The notes under the pieces were generated by a model. That model ran no database searches and was not told the origin of the DNA. It saw only the letters and a list, made by a program, of their open reading frames with translations. Position numbers and translations under genes: made by a program. Shown piece after piece: positions 1-11,123 of a DNA stretch of 32,000 nt (the stretch's first letter is position 1; every line of letters begins with the position of its first letter). This DNA is from Bacillus subtilis subsp. subtilis str. 168 (GTDB lineage: Bacteria; Bacillota; Bacilli; Bacillales; Bacillaceae). Where the stretch lies: assembly GCF_000009045.1 (NCBI RefSeq), contig NC_000964.3, forward strand, positions 2,820,001 to 2,852,000, given 5' to 3'.

Positions 1-50
1 AAAAAGTAACAGATGGGATCGAAAGCGGATTAGAGAAATACTTCCAATAA
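1..50 (+). CDS. 3' end of a CDS (C-terminus ...KVTDGIESGLEKYFQ*), probably an N-acetylmuramoyl-L-alanine amidase such as YrvJ; 5' part outside window
   Basis: Open frame ending TAA at 48-50, directly followed by a rho-independent terminator. The C-terminal motif resembles Amidase_3 tails. Only 15 residues are visible. Confidence 0.45.
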   Translation, partial: KVTDGIESGLEKYFQ

Positions 51-79
51 AAAAAGCTGCCTTTTGGCAGCTTTTTTTA
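49..79. terminator. Bidirectional rho-independent terminator between the amidase-like gene and dtd
   Basis: aaaaaaagctgcc-tttt-ggcagcttttttt: perfect stem flanked by A and T tracts. Confidence 0.85.
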
Positions 80-517
80 TTTTGAATCCATAATGAGCGT
101 GACCGGTCCGGAGTTTGTAAGCTGAACATCCATCATTGCTCCAAACGTTCCGGTCTCCACTTTGATTCCTTTTTCACGAAGCAGGTCATTCCATTTTTCA
201 TAAAGACCTAAAGCTTTATCAGGTTTGGCCGCGTTCATGTAGTTCGGCCGGCGCCCTTTTTTCGTATCTCCATAAAGCGTAAACTGTGAGACGGATAAAA
301 TCTCTCCTCCTATATCTACAAGAGACAGATTCATTTTCCCTTCACTGTCATCGAAAATACGGAGATTGACAACTTTATCGGCTAAATAAGCTGCATCATC
401 TTCTGTATCATCGTGAGTGATGCCGACCAGCACCATAAGGCCTTGTCCAATTTGGCCGACGACCTCTTCGTCCACTGTAACGCTTGCTTCTGTTACTCGC
501 TGAACAACTAATCTCTT
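77..517 (-). CDS. dtd: D-aminoacyl-tRNA (D-Tyr-tRNA) deacylase; the codon at the expected start is AAG, so it may be non-functional or poorly translated
   Basis: Conceptual translation (K)[31 protein letters not shown]...[24 protein letters not shown]...PVTLIMDSK is a typical DTD. The first in-frame ATG/GTG/TTG is the GTG at 475, which removes the conserved N-terminus. Confidence 0.9.
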   Translation of the reverse strand, partial: KRLVVQRVTEASVTVDEEVVGQIGQGLMVLVGITHDDTEDDAAYLADKVVNLRIFDDSEGKMNLSLVDIGGEILSVSQFTLYGDTKKGRRPNYMNAAKPDKALGLYEKWNDLLREKGIKVETGTFGAMMDVQLTNSGPVTLIMDSK

Positions 518-528
518 TTCTAACCCCT

Positions 529-2733
529 TTAGTTCATGACGCGGCGCACAGAATAGATATCTCTAATCTGTTTAATACGCTCGACGACTTTATGCAAGTG
601 ATTGATATTCTGGATAAAAATCGCCATATGGATGGTTGCCACTTTATTGCGATCCGATTTGCCAGAGACAGATGAAATATTGGTTTTCGTTTCATTCACT
701 GCCTGGAGTACCTCGTTCAGCAATCCGCGGCGGTCATACCCAAGAATCTCTATCTCAACATTGTATTCCTTGCGCTTTTGAACTTGTGACTCATGTTCCC
801 ACTCTACCGGGATCAGCCGCTCTTGGGCTTCATTCGTTTTGACATTCGGACAGTCTTCGCGATGGACCGAAACCCCTCTGCCTTTTGTGATAAAGCCGAC
901 AATATCATCACCTGGCACAGGATTGCAGCATTTTGATAAACGGACAAGGAGGTTGTCAATGCCCTTGACACGAACGCCAGCTTCCCGTTTTCTTCCTTGC
1001 GGGTATGGCTTAGGTTCCCCAGTGACTTCCTGAACGATCTTTTCCTGTTCTTCCTGGTCGCGCTGCTTTCTCTCTTTTTCTGTTAGGCGGTTCGCCACCT
1101 GCAGAGCTGTGATGCCGTTGTAACCGACCGCCGCGTACATATCCTCTTCATTTGAGAAATTAAATTTGTCAGCAACCTTTTGAATATTCTCCGGCGTTAA
1201 AACATCCTTCAATTCAAAATCCAAGTTTTTAATTTCTTTTTCGACCAGCTCACGGCCTTTTTCGACATTTTCTTCACGCCGCTGTTTCTTAAAGAATTGA
1301 CGGATTTTATGCTTCGCTTGGGATGTTTGGGCAAGCTTCACCCAATCCTGGCTCGGACCGTAGGAATGCTTAGAGGTGAGAATTTCAACGATATCACCTG
1401 TCCGAAGCTTATGGTCAAGCGTAACCATTTTTCCGTTTACTTTGGCACCGATTGTTTTATTGCCGATTTCAGAGTGAATCCGGTAAGAAAAGTCAATCGG
1501 AACAGAACCGGACGGAAGCTCGATTACATCTCCTTTTGGCGTAAAGACATACACCATGTCAGAGAACAAATCAATTTTGAGCGATTCCATAAATTCTTCT
1601 GCATCTGTCGATTCATTTTGAAATTCTAAAATTTCACGGAACCAAGAAAGCTTTTTCTCAAAGGTTGCACCTTCATTGGCTGCTTTCCCTTCTTTATAAG
1701 CCCAGTGAGCCGCAACCCCGTATTCCGCTATTTCATGCATTTCAAAGGTGCGGATCTGCACTTCAAGCGGATCGCCTTTAGGCCCAATAACCGTTGTATG
1801 AAGCGATTGATACATATTCGGCTTCGGCATTGCGATATAATCTTTGAATCTGCCTGGCATCGGTTTCCAGCATGTGTGAATGATGCCAAGCACCGCGTAG
1901 CAGTCCTTTATGCTATTCACAAGAATACGGACAGCCAACAAATCGTAAATTTCATTGAATTGCTTATTTTGCAGCACCATTTTTCGATAAATGCTGTAAA
2001 TATGTTTCGGGCGTCCCGAGAAGTCAGCCTTGATATTTACTTCTTCGACACGTTTCTTCACTTCATTGACAACCTCATCGACATAAAGCTCTCGTTCTGC
2101 ACGTTTCTTCTTCATGAGGTTGACAATTCTGTAATATTGCTGAGGGTTCAAATAACGGAGCGCCGTATCTTCCAATTCCCACTTAATTTTTGAAATCCCG
2201 AGACGATGCGCCAAAGGAGCAAAAATTTCCAGCGTTTCATTGGAGATTCTCCGCTGTTTTTCCTGAGGCAGATGTTTCAGTGTCCGCATATTGTGAAGAC
2301 GATCCGCCAGCTTGATCAATATGACCCTGATATCTTGAGCCATAGCGACAAACATTTTGCGATGATTTTCCGCCTGCTGTTCCTCTTGAGATTTATATTT
2401 AATTTTGCCGAGTTTCGTTACGCCGTCTACAAGCATTGCCACTTCTTCGGAAAATGCTTCTTTCAGGTCATCGAGCGTCACATCTGTATCTTCCACGACA
2501 TCGTGCAAAAATCCGCCCGCGATTGTGGAAGGGTCCATTTCAAGATCAACGAGTATCCCCGCAACCTGAATCGGATGAATAATATATGGCTCGCCCGATT
2601 TGCGGTATTGCTCGCGATGAGCATCTTCAGCGTACAGATATGCTTTTTCGACAAATGCGATATGCTCATCAGATAGATAGCTGCGTGCTTTATCTATAAC
2701 TTGCTCGGCAGTCAATACTTGTTCGTTCGCCAT
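529..2733 (-). CDS. relA: Bifunctional (p)ppGpp synthetase/hydrolase (RelA/SpoT, Rel)
   Basis: 734 aa ORF with HD domain ([10 protein letters not shown]), synthetase motifs (YQSLHTTV), TGS domain and C-terminal ACT domain. Confidence 0.98.
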   Translation of the reverse strand: MANEQVLTAEQVIDKARSYLSDEHIAFVEKAYLYAEDAHREQYRKSGEPYIIHPIQVAGILVDLEMDPSTIAGGFLHDVVEDTDVTLDDLKEAFSEEVAMLVDGVTKLGKIKYKSQEEQQAENHRKMFVAMAQDIRVILIKLADRLHNMRTLKHLPQEKQRRISNETLEIFAPLAHRLGISKIKWELEDTALRYLNPQQYYRIVNLMKKKRAERELYVDEVVNEVKKRVEEVNIKADFSGRPKHIYSIYRKMVLQNKQFNEIYDLLAVRILVNSIKDCYAVLGIIHTCWKPMPGRFKDYIAMPKPNMYQSLHTTVIGPKGDPLEVQIRTFEMHEIAEYGVAAHWAYKEGKAANEGATFEKKLSWFREILEFQNESTDAEEFMESLKIDLFSDMVYVFTPKGDVIELPSGSVPIDFSYRIHSEIGNKTIGAKVNGKMVTLDHKLRTGDIVEILTSKHSYGPSQDWVKLAQTSQAKHKIRQFFKKQRREENVEKGRELVEKEIKNLDFELKDVLTPENIQKVADKFNFSNEEDMYAAVGYNGITALQVANRLTEKERKQRDQEEQEKIVQEVTGEPKPYPQGRKREAGVRVKGIDNLLVRLSKCCNPVPGDDIVGFITKGRGVSVHREDCPNVKTNEAQERLIPVEWEHESQVQKRKEYNVEIEILGYDRRGLLNEVLQAVNETKTNISSVSGKSDRNKVATIHMAIFIQNINHLHKVVERIKQIRDIYSVRRVMN

Positions 2734-2854
2734 GGAATCACCTTTTTTAAAATGTAAACTGTATTGTAGTTTATTATCAAGAAAAAAACGAAAGATGTAA
2801 AGAGCAGAAGTTCAAATAGCCAAATATTATATAAAATAAATGCAAAACAATAGG

Positions 2855-2884
2855 AAAAAAGCACCCTGACATGGAGTGCTTTTT
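2855..2884 (-). terminator. Rho-independent terminator downstream of apt
   Basis: AAAAAAGCAC-cctgacatgga-GTGCTTTTT just 3' of the apt stop. Confidence 0.7.
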
Positions 2885-2900
2885 CGTTATGCGGTTATCC

Positions 2901-3413
2901 TTAGTATTTCATCAATGTTAAGATGTCGTAATCTTCGAGCTTATTTCTGCCGTCAAGGTAAGAAAGCTCGATTAAGAAAGCGATACCAGCAACAACGCCG
3001 CCAAGTTCTTCAACAAGTTTGATTGTCGCTTCAATTGTGCCGCCTGTCGCAAGCAGGTCATCTGTAATAAGCACACGCTGACCAGGCTTAATCGCATCTT
3101 TGTGGATCGTTAATACGTCTTTTCCGTATTCCAAGCCATAATCCACTTTGATTACTTCACGAGGCAACTTGCCTTCTTTGCGGACCGGCGCAAAACCTAC
3201 GCCAAGCGCGTAAGCAACGGGACAGCCGATAATAAAGCCGCGCGCTTCAGGGCCAACGACCAAATCAATTTGCTTTTCTTTCGCATATTCAACAATTTGA
3301 TCTGTGGCATAGCGGTATACATCGCCTTTATCCATCAGTGTCGTAATATCTTTAAATTGCACGCCCTCTTTCGGGTAATCCGGTACAATTGTTACGTATT
3401 GTTTTAAATCCAT
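2901..3413 (-). CDS. apt: Adenine phosphoribosyltransferase
   Basis: 170 aa [29 protein letters not shown]..., with PRPP motif [13 protein letters not shown]. Confidence 0.98.
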   Translation of the reverse strand: MDLKQYVTIVPDYPKEGVQFKDITTLMDKGDVYRYATDQIVEYAKEKQIDLVVGPEARGFIIGCPVAYALGVGFAPVRKEGKLPREVIKVDYGLEYGKDVLTIHKDAIKPGQRVLITDDLLATGGTIEATIKLVEELGGVVAGIAFLIELSYLDGRNKLEDYDILTLMKY

Positions 3414-3418
3414 CTGTT

Positions 3419-5779
3419 TTATGTCCTCCTCGTACTTTCATAAGCCTCTGAATCTTGTTTCATCAGCTTATTCAGCCATTCCTTCAGCTCTTCAGCAGAA
3501 GAATAATTCAGCTTTTGATCCAGTTCCATCAGCTGCTGTTTCGCCTGATATGTTTGTGAGTCTGTTAAGTCGCGTTTCTTTGCTCCGCTCACAACAGACA
3601 GCACACCATTCTCTATTTTAACAAAACCGAGATCAAAAAACACCTTTGTCATGAAATTGATTGTTTCAACGGACCAGCCTTTATGTTTTGCAAGCTCTGA
3701 ACCGTGTTTTTTCACGTCAAAAGCGCCTCTTTTCAGCAAGAACGCATAATACCATTTAAAGTGGTCTCTTGCGGGAAAAGTTGATAAAAAGTGGTCCTCA
3801 TGATTGAGAAAAATAAAATATATCCGCTCGGGCGCCTTTCCTTCCAGCAAACGTGCGAGCATGTCCAGCGAAGGCGGCGGATCCAGTAATACAATATATG
3901 CACCATCGAGGTCAAACGCCTTTGCTTGATCTTTAGAACTGATGACGTGCACTTCTCGGCGAAGGTCTTCAGTTTGAAGTAATGTTGTTGAGTCTTCTTT
4001 GAAAGAGACAATGGCCCGTTTAGCAGATGGAAGGGCGGAAACTGTGTCTTCCCACGTCCGTTTTCCCCTTAAATCAAACAGCTGCCATTCAGAAACAGCG
4101 GCATCCTTTATCATAAGCTGCGGCTTTTTTCGATTGTTCCATTCGTTGATTGACATCTCACCGACAATGGAAATTCTTGAACCCGGTACGATGCCTTCTT
4201 GAAGCTCGCCTTTATTAAAACCGACGCAATCAAGCTGGGACGACTCGTTTCTGATCGTCATTTTGACATGAGTTTTATTTGCCCCTATCTTGCGGACATC
4301 TTCCAGTACTGCATTTTCTACGAGAACGTGCGGTTTCGGGTTCAGCATGCCAAAAGGAGACAGCATGTTCATTTCTGCGATGCTTTCAACTGTAATGTCT
4401 TCGACGCCGCAGACAAGGTCGACTTCCTGTACGGGAATAAAATCCTCTTCCGTAAGCGTATTGTCCGCTATTTCATTCAGCCTGCTTCGCAAATCCGGCA
4501 CATCTTCGGCTTTCAGCGTCATCCCCGCAGCCATTGGATGGCCGCCGAAATGAGGAAGAATATCTCTGCATTCAGAAAGGCTCTCAAATAAATTAAATCC
4601 TCTGATGCTTCGGGCCGAACCTTTAGCGATTCCCTTTTCTTCATCAATACCAAGAACAATGGCCGGTCGGTAGAAACGGTCCACAAGCTTTGAAGCCACA
4701 ATCCCGACGACTCCCGGGTTCCATCCGGCTTTGGCCACGACAATTGCAGTTTGATCGAGCCCTTGCTGTTCAACCATTTCAATCGCTTCATCCGTCATTT
4801 TGCTGACCATTTTTTGGCGCTCTTTGTTCAGCTGGTCAATTTCTGCGGCAAGCTCTTCCGCTTCAAACGAATCCTCTGACATAAGCAAATGAACAGCGGG
4901 ATCCGCCTGTTCGATTCTTCCGACGGCATTCAGCCTTGGTGCGAGCTGAAATCCGACTGTTTCTTCGTTCGCTTCTCCGATGTCTCCGCCTGACAGCTTA
5001 ATCAGCTCTTTTAAGCCGAGCCGATTTGTCCGTCGAAGCCTTTCAAGTCCTAGTGTTGCTATTAATCTGTTTTCGTCATGCAGCGGGACTAGATCGGCAA
5101 TGGTGCCGATAGCCGCCAGGTCAAGCAGTTCATCAGGAAGTTCACCCAATAAAGCGTGGGCAAGCTTAAACGCGACTCCAACCCCGGCAAGCTCTTTAAA
5201 CGGGTAAGTGCAGCCAGGCTGCTTCGGGTGGACGATCGCACGGACATCCGGAAGCTCCGGTCCCGGTTCATGATGATCGGTAATGATGACATCCAGTCCG
5301 AGTTCCTTTGCCACCTTCGCTTCATGCACAGCGGCAATTCCTGTATCAACCGTAATGATCAAAGAGAAGCCCCGTTCTTTAATCGAACGAAACGCCTGTT
5401 CATTAGGTCCATATCCTTCTTTAAAACGGTCAGGTATATAAAAATCAACTTGAGCCGACAGTTTTTGCAGCGTGTGAAGCATCACTGACGTACTTGTAAC
5501 CCCATCGGCGTCATAATCGCCATATATCATAATCTTTTCTTGTTGTGAAATCGCCTGTTTTATTCGATCTGCCGCTTCTTTCATGCCTTTCATTTCAAAA
5601 GGATCATAAAAATCGGCATCCTTTGTATGTAAAAACAGCCTAGCGCTTTCTGCCGTATCAAAGCCTCTTTTTACAAGCAGGGACGCAACAAGAGGTGTTA
5701 TATGCAATTGTTCTGTGAGTGATTTGACCTTATCCTGATCTGGTCGCTGGATTTCCCATCGCATTTTTGACGCTAACAT
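3419..5779 (-). CDS. recJ: Single-stranded-DNA-specific exonuclease RecJ
   Basis: DHH motifs ([20 protein letters not shown]-like) and DHHA1 GGHPMAAG. The ATG at 5779 has a good SD (gaggggtg) upstream, so it is preferred over the track start at 5794. Confidence 0.96.
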   Translation of the reverse strand: MLASKMRWEIQRPDQDKVKSLTEQLHITPLVASLLVKRGFDTAESARLFLHTKDADFYDPFEMKGMKEAADRIKQAISQQEKIMIYGDYDADGVTSTSVMLHTLQKLSAQVDFYIPDRFKEGYGPNEQAFRSIKERGFSLIITVDTGIAAVHEAKVAKELGLDVIITDHHEPGPELPDVRAIVHPKQPGCTYPFKELAGVGVAFKLAHALLGELPDELLDLAAIGTIADLVPLHDENRLIATLGLERLRRTNRLGLKELIKLSGGDIGEANEETVGFQLAPRLNAVGRIEQADPAVHLLMSEDSFEAEELAAEIDQLNKERQKMVSKMTDEAIEMVEQQGLDQTAIVVAKAGWNPGVVGIVASKLVDRFYRPAIVLGIDEEKGIAKGSARSIRGFNLFESLSECRDILPHFGGHPMAAGMTLKAEDVPDLRSRLNEIADNTLTEEDFIPVQEVDLVCGVEDITVESIAEMNMLSPFGMLNPKPHVLVENAVLEDVRKIGANKTHVKMTIRNESSQLDCVGFNKGELQEGIVPGSRISIVGEMSINEWNNRKKPQLMIKDAAVSEWQLFDLRGKRTWEDTVSALPSAKRAIVSFKEDSTTLLQTEDLRREVHVISSKDQAKAFDLDGAYIVLLDPPPSLDMLARLLEGKAPERIYFIFLNHEDHFLSTFPARDHFKWYYAFLLKRGAFDVKKHGSELAKHKGWSVETINFMTKVFFDLGFVKIENGVLSVVSGAKKRDLTDSQTYQAKQQLMELDQKLNYSSAEELKEWLNKLMKQDSEAYESTRRT

Positions 5780-5845
5780 AAATTCACCCCTCAACCACCC
5801 TATTATACTAGAGCAGGCTGAGGGGTTTCAAATAATATTCGAAAA

Positions 5846-6169
5846 CTAGTCTTTTTTCTCAATCATGGCTGATGCATCCTGTGTGTCAGTCTGATCAGCA
5901 AGATGAGTATCCTCTTGTTTATGTATTGCTGTTCTATTTTCTTTCCGCAAGGTTTTTATTTCCCGCTTCAATTTCATTACCTGAAAAATGCCGACAGAAA
6001 ATACGATCAGTGCTCCCATTAAAACTGAGCCCAAAATAACAAGAATGAGCGGCCATTCTGATCTTCCAAACAGGTAATCAACTTCTACGGATCGAACATT
6101 AATGACTGCGAAAATAGCGACAATTAAGGTGAAAATAAGTGCGAAAATAATGGTCCATTGTTTATTCAT
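5846..6169 (-). CDS. yrvD: LapA-domain (DUF1049) small membrane protein YrvD
   Basis: ORF MNKQWTIIFALIFTLIVAIFAVINVRSVEVDYLFGRSEWPLILVILGSVLMGALIVFSVG. The ATG at 6169 follows a ggggaaaag SD. Confidence 0.85.
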   Translation of the reverse strand: MNKQWTIIFALIFTLIVAIFAVINVRSVEVDYLFGRSEWPLILVILGSVLMGALIVFSVGIFQVMKLKREIKTLRKENRTAIHKQEDTHLADQTDTQDASAMIEKKD

Positions 6170-6244
6170 TCTCTTTTCCCCCAAACTTCTTATTGAGGTA
6201 ACTTTCCCAATCAAGACTGGTTTTAAACATGGCTTAACACTAGG

Positions 6245-6742
6245 TTAAGCTCCCTTTGCTGTTAATTTTTCCCGGATCAGCCTCTTCAGTCCGGTTCCCT
6301 CACCGGAAATCACAAGTGTATCGCCTTCGTCAATGACTGTTTCAGAGCTCGGATTCAGTTGTTTATCCTGATTCTTTTTAACAATTGCAATGACCGTCAC
6401 ATGATATTCCTGACCCACATTCAAATCACCAATCGTCTGATGAATGGCAGGCGCTCCCGCCTCTGCTTTACACCACTCTATAATCAAATCATCAAGGGCT
6501 GACTCGACCTGTTCTAATGCTTTCGGTTTATATGCCATTCCGCCAAGAATTGCAGACATTTGCCTTGCTTCAGCGTCATCAAACTGCACGGAGGCAACAC
6601 ATTCCTCATGGTCGTTTTCGTCAAAATAGTAAAGCTCTCTCCGTCCGTCATGATGAATGATAATTGAAATTTTATCACGGTTTCTAGTAATCATTTCAAC
6701 TTTTTGTCCTATGCCCGGCAGCTCTGATTCGCGAACCCTCAT
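6245..6742 (-). CDS. yrvC: TrkA-C/RCK-type regulatory protein of a K+(cation)/H+ antiporter (YrvC)
   Basis: 165 aa with C-terminal RCK_C-like segment (YHVTVIAIVKKNQDKQLNPSSETVIDEGDTLVISGEGTGLKRL). Confidence 0.8.
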   Translation of the reverse strand: MRVRESELPGIGQKVEMITRNRDKISIIIHHDGRRELYYFDENDHEECVASVQFDDAEARQMSAILGGMAYKPKALEQVESALDDLIIEWCKAEAGAPAIHQTIGDLNVGQEYHVTVIAIVKKNQDKQLNPSSETVIDEGDTLVISGEGTGLKRLIREKLTAKGA

Positions 6743-6862
6743 ATATAAACCCTCCTACATATCTGAAAACCAGCCATAAACACTTTTAACACCATATATA
6801 TGTTTAAATGTAAGCGTATGTCATTATAGCAAATGTCTATTTTAAGTTCAATGAAACTTCAA

Positions 6863-6898
6863 AAAACAGGCTGCCCTGCAGAGGACAGCCTGATATTT
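6863..6898 (-). terminator. Rho-independent terminator of secDF
   Basis: CAGGCTG (6868-6874) / CAGCCTG (6887-6893); T tract on the minus strand. Confidence 0.75.
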
Positions 6899-6899
6899 T

Positions 6900-9113
6900 T
6901 TATTGCGCCGAATCTTTTTTCAGTTCTCTTCCTTTCCATGCAAGCCAAATTTGTGCGGCAATGTATAGAGAAGAATAAACGCCTGTTAACAGCCCGACCA
7001 ATAAAGCAATTGAGAAGTTAGTAATAGAAGATGCTCCAAAGATCAGCAATGTCACAACAACAATCACAACGGTTAATACAGTGTTAATTGAACGTGTAAA
7101 GGTTTGCTGCAGGCTCAGGTTTACAATATGGTTCAGATCGGCAAAGGTTTTCGGCTTACGCTTTTTCATATGCTCGCGGACCCTGTCAAATGTAACGATT
7201 GTATCGTTAATGGAATACCCGATTATCGTCAAGATGGCCGCGATGAATGTAACATCTACCTCAAGCCTTGTAATACTGAAGAACGTGACGATAAAGAATG
7301 CGTCATATAGCAATGAGGCGATGGCAGCAATCGCCATTTTGTATTCGAATCGGATTGAAACGTAAATAATGATGCCAATAGAAGCTATAGCAACTGCGTA
7401 CAGCGCATTTCTCGCCAGCTCCTTACCGACTGTCGGTGAAACTGTGCTGACATTTGGATCAGATCCGTATTTGTCTTTAAAATACGTTTTTACTTTTGCA
7501 ATGGTTTCTTTATCTGGCACCCCGACAAAACGGGCAACACCGATATTGCTCTTTTCGCCTGACAGAACTACAGTATCAGGGTCCATACCCAGAGATTCAA
7601 AATCCTTCTCAACTTGCTCTGTCGTCAGCTTATGGTCGCTTTGCACTTCAATCCGTGCACCGCTTGCAAAGTCAATGCCAAGATTCAGCCTGAACACAAG
7701 CAGGATAATAATCCCGGCAACCGTGACCGCACTGGAGAAAATAAAGAAGTATTTGCGTTTGCTCGTGAAATCCCATTTTTGGAATGGCGTATGCGGCTCT
7801 GTATTTTCATCCGTATCCTGAATATCCATGATATGTTTCTTATTGACACCAAACCAGCCTTTTTTCCGATCAAGCCATCTGCTTTCCACAAGGAGAGCGA
7901 GGAGAAATCTCGATAAGAAAACGGCAGTGATAAAGCTTGTCAAAATCGATAGGATCAGCATTGTCGCAAACCCTTTAACAGAGCTTGTCCCAAAGATAAA
8001 GAGCACAACCGCTGCAATAATGGTTGTAATATTCGCGTCAAAAATCGTCGCAAATGACCGTCTGTTTCCTGAACGGAAGGCAGAGCGGACTGACTTTCCT
8101 AGCTTGAGCTCTTCTTTAATCCGCTCATAGGTAATAATGTTGGCGTCAACAGCCATCCCGACACCTAAAATGAGAGCGGCAATTCCCGGAAGCGTGAGTA
8201 CGGCATTCATCCAGTCAAAGATCTGGAGTGTAATGTAGATATAAACAGACAGCGTAATCACCGCGATTAATCCCGGCAGACGGTAATAGAAAAGCATAAA
8301 TAAGAAAATAATTGCGATACCGACAATACCGGCAAACACCGTATCATGGAGAGCCTGCTGGCCGAATTGCGCGCCTACTGATGTCGAATACTTTTCAGTC
8401 AGTTTCACAGGAAGTGCGCCTGCGTTTAAAATGCTGGCTAAATCTTTCGCTTCTTGAGCTGTGAAATGACCTTCAATTTTTACATCAGTTGTATTTAGTT
8501 CCTGACTTACATTTGGAGCGGATACAAATTTAGGATGCTCTTTTTGAACTTCTTTCTTAAAGGAATCACCTTTATCATAATCCAACCAAATGACAAGCTG
8601 GTTGTTTGGCGCCATTTTCATGACCTTCTTGGTCACTTCACCAAATTTATCAGCGTCTTTCAGCTTAATCGTGACAATTGGCTCATTTGTTGTGCTATCA
8701 TAAGTTTGTTTAGCGCCGTTTTCGACTAGATCAGCACCGTTTAACAGTTCCTTATCATTTGCATCTCTGAAAGAAAGCTGCGCTTCAGTCGCCAAAATTT
8801 CACGCGCTCTGTTTTGGTTTGTCACGCCAGCGAGCTGAACGCGAATCCGGTTATTCCCTTCAATTTGGATGTTCGGTTCGCTGACACCGAGAACATTGGC
8901 CCGGCGGTTCAGTGCCTCTACTGTGCTGACCAGAACGTCTTTTGTGATTTTGTCACCTTTTTTTACAGGCTGTACATCATACAGCACCTCAAATCCGCCT
9001 TGCAAATCCAATCCTAACGTAATATTGTTAGCGGCAGGCTTCGTAAAGTAGCCCAAGCCCGTGCCGATCAATAGAACGAAAAGGAAAAACGCAATCAAGC
9101 GTCCTTTTTTCAT
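6900..9113 (-). CDS. secDF: Fused protein-export membrane protein SecDF
   Basis: 737 aa with SecD motifs (TLGLDLQGGFEVLYDV, GMAVDANIITYERIKEE) and SecF motifs (GYSINDTIVTFDRVRE). Confidence 0.97.
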   Translation of the reverse strand: MKKGRLIAFFLFVLLIGTGLGYFTKPAANNITLGLDLQGGFEVLYDVQPVKKGDKITKDVLVSTVEALNRRANVLGVSEPNIQIEGNNRIRVQLAGVTNQNRAREILATEAQLSFRDANDKELLNGADLVENGAKQTYDSTTNEPIVTIKLKDADKFGEVTKKVMKMAPNNQLVIWLDYDKGDSFKKEVQKEHPKFVSAPNVSQELNTTDVKIEGHFTAQEAKDLASILNAGALPVKLTEKYSTSVGAQFGQQALHDTVFAGIVGIAIIFLFMLFYYRLPGLIAVITLSVYIYITLQIFDWMNAVLTLPGIAALILGVGMAVDANIITYERIKEELKLGKSVRSAFRSGNRRSFATIFDANITTIIAAVVLFIFGTSSVKGFATMLILSILTSFITAVFLSRFLLALLVESRWLDRKKGWFGVNKKHIMDIQDTDENTEPHTPFQKWDFTSKRKYFFIFSSAVTVAGIIILLVFRLNLGIDFASGARIEVQSDHKLTTEQVEKDFESLGMDPDTVVLSGEKSNIGVARFVGVPDKETIAKVKTYFKDKYGSDPNVSTVSPTVGKELARNALYAVAIASIGIIIYVSIRFEYKMAIAAIASLLYDAFFIVTFFSITRLEVDVTFIAAILTIIGYSINDTIVTFDRVREHMKKRKPKTFADLNHIVNLSLQQTFTRSINTVLTVVIVVVTLLIFGASSITNFSIALLVGLLTGVYSSLYIAAQIWLAWKGRELKKDSAQ

Positions 9114-9151
9114 TATGTATATCCTCCCTTAAACCTGTGCGAATCAACCTG

Positions 9152-9448
9152 CTATCTCAGCAGTTCTTCCAATGCTTCCTGGCCCTCTTCACTGCCCAGC
9201 CAATTAGACGTTTTAAATGACTCAACGGTTGCATAGTTCATAAATTCGCCAATTTTCACTGATAAAATATCACTCGCCAGTTCATAAATGCTCAGTTCCG
9301 TTTTCTTTTTCCACTTCTTATCTGTTAAGTATGACCACAAACTTTCGAGTTCAACATCATCATACCCGAGAATCTTAAACTCTTCCAGTTTGCTGTAAAG
9401 AAACGGCCTGACGTGGTCTTTATATAGATCGGCTGGATGCTTCTCCAC
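9152..9448 (-). CDS. comN: Post-transcriptional regulator ComN (YrzD)
   Basis: ORF VEKHPADLYKDHVRPFLYSKLEEFKILGYDDVELESLW... The second GTG at 9448 is better spaced from the AAAGGAG SD than the track start at 9457. It gives 98 aa. Confidence 0.8.
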   Translation of the reverse strand: MEKHPADLYKDHVRPFLYSKLEEFKILGYDDVELESLWSYLTDKKWKKKTELSIYELASDILSVKIGEFMNYATVESFKTSNWLGSEEGQEALEELLR

Positions 9449-9563
9449 GAATTCCACGCTCCTTTTTTATTGTTTTTCAAGAAGACTTGTCATGCTTGGA
9501 CGACATATACGCATATCTTTATTGTATATGATTCCAGGTAGTTTGAGAAGGCAGGGGGTAAAA

Positions 9564-11120
9564 ATGGCGAAACAGACGTTTTTAAAGGGCACTCTTATCC
9601 TTATCGCAGCAGGAATGGTTACAAGAATGCTCGGGTTTGTCAACCGGGTGGTTATCGCCCGTTTTATCGGTGAAGAAGGAGTCGGGCTTTACATGATGGC
9701 AGCGCCTACTTTCTTCTTGGCCACTACATTAACTCAATTCGGTCTGCCGGTCGCGATCAGCAAGCTAGTCGCTGAAGCCAGTGCGCGCGGAGATCATCAA
9801 AAAACGAAAAATATTTTAGTCATGTCTCTGACCATTACGGGAGTGCTCAGCCTCATCTTTACACCGCTGTTTCTGTTTTTCGCCCCTGTTATGGCTGAAA
9901 CGATGCTGACAGATAAGCGAACACTGTATCCGCTCTTGGCCATTACGCCTGTTGTGCCGATTATTGCTATATCGAGTGTGCTGAGGGGATACTTTCAAGG
10001 AAAACAGAATATGAACCCGCTTGCTATGTCACAAGTCCTTGAACAGGTTGTCCGCATTTCACTCGTGGCTGTCTGCACAACGATTTTTCTCCCTTACGGA
10101 ATTGAATATGCTGCAGCGGGGGCAATGCTATCCTCAGTGGCAGGGGAGCTGGCATCACTTCTTTATTTATTCGTTTGCTTTAAGTATAAAAAGACAATTA
10201 AAATCAGAAAGCATTTTTTACAGTCAATTAAAAACGGAAAACAAACCTTTACCCAATTAATGAGCGTGTCCCTTCCAACAACCGGGAGCCGCTTTATCGG
10301 AAACCTCTCTTGGTTTTTCGAGCCAATCGTCGTCGCTCAAAGCCTTGCCATCGCCGGTGTGGCAACAGTTGCCGCAACAAAGCAATACGGGGAACTAACC
10401 GGCTTTGCCATGACGCTGCTGACTCTGCCCAGCTTTATTACATATTCTTTGTCGACCGCGCTTGTTCCTGCGATCAGTGAAGGAATGGAGCAGAAAAAAT
10501 TGCAGGTGGTGGAATACCGCTTAGAACAGGCGATGCGTCTCTGTCTGCTCAGCGGAGGCATTTCAGTTGTTATTTTATTTGTATTTGCGGATGAGCTGAT
10601 GAGAGTGATGTACGGTTCCTCAGGCGCAGCTGTATTTATAAAAGTGATGGCCCCGTTTTTTCTGCTTTATTATTTCCAAGGCCCGCTTCAAGCTGTGCTG
10701 CAGGCGCTTAATTTGGCAGGAGCTGCGATGATGAACAGCTTAATCGGAGCGCTTGTCAAAACAGGCCTTATTTTTGTCCTTGCCACAAGGCCTTCTCTTG
10801 GCATTATGGGCGCGGCATTAGCCATTGTGACAGGCATGGTGCTCGTCACGCTATTGCACGCAGCAACCGTAAGCAAAGTGCTGCCGATCAGCATCAAAAT
10901 CAAGGAGTACGCGCTCAGCTTCGCTGTTATTGTAATTTGCGGATTCATCAGCTCCGCCATCAAACAATATATAAGCTTTGGAGCATCTGAGGCTGTCAAT
11001 CTAGCCGGATGGATTGCGGCGAGCGCCGCCATTTATATGATCCTCCTGCTCGTTTTCCGTTTAATTAAAAAAGATGAGCTTCGCCGCATTCCCATTATCG
11101 GACGGTTGATCATCCGATAA
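9564..11120 (+). CDS. spoVB: Stage V sporulation protein B (MOP/MATE-like flippase)
   Basis: MAKQTFLKGTLILIAAGMVTRMLGFVNRVVIARFIGEEGVGLYMMA..., multi-TM. ATG at 9564 preceded by gcaggggg. Confidence 0.93.
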   Translation: MAKQTFLKGTLILIAAGMVTRMLGFVNRVVIARFIGEEGVGLYMMAAPTFFLATTLTQFGLPVAISKLVAEASARGDHQKTKNILVMSLTITGVLSLIFTPLFLFFAPVMAETMLTDKRTLYPLLAITPVVPIIAISSVLRGYFQGKQNMNPLAMSQVLEQVVRISLVAVCTTIFLPYGIEYAAAGAMLSSVAGELASLLYLFVCFKYKKTIKIRKHFLQSIKNGKQTFTQLMSVSLPTTGSRFIGNLSWFFEPIVVAQSLAIAGVATVAATKQYGELTGFAMTLLTLPSFITYSLSTALVPAISEGMEQKKLQVVEYRLEQAMRLCLLSGGISVVILFVFADELMRVMYGSSGAAVFIKVMAPFFLLYYFQGPLQAVLQALNLAGAAMMNSLIGALVKTGLIFVLATRPSLGIMGAALAIVTGMVLVTLLHAATVSKVLPISIKIKEYALSFAVIVICGFISSAIKQYISFGASEAVNLAGWIAASAAIYMILLLVFRLIKKDELRRIPIIGRLIIR

Positions 11121-11123
11121 TGG

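Noticed and set aside
1297-2676. Several plus-strand ORFs of 100-160 aa antisense to relA (e.g. 1705..2193, 2206..2676)
   Set aside because: They are complementary to a highly conserved coding frame, have unusual composition and no convincing SD, and look like standard antisense shadow ORFs.
9504-9535. Sigma-E-like promoter upstream of spoVB (catata ... tatatgat)
   Set aside because: The -10 matches only about 5 of 8 positions. Plausible biologically but not supportable from the sequence alone.
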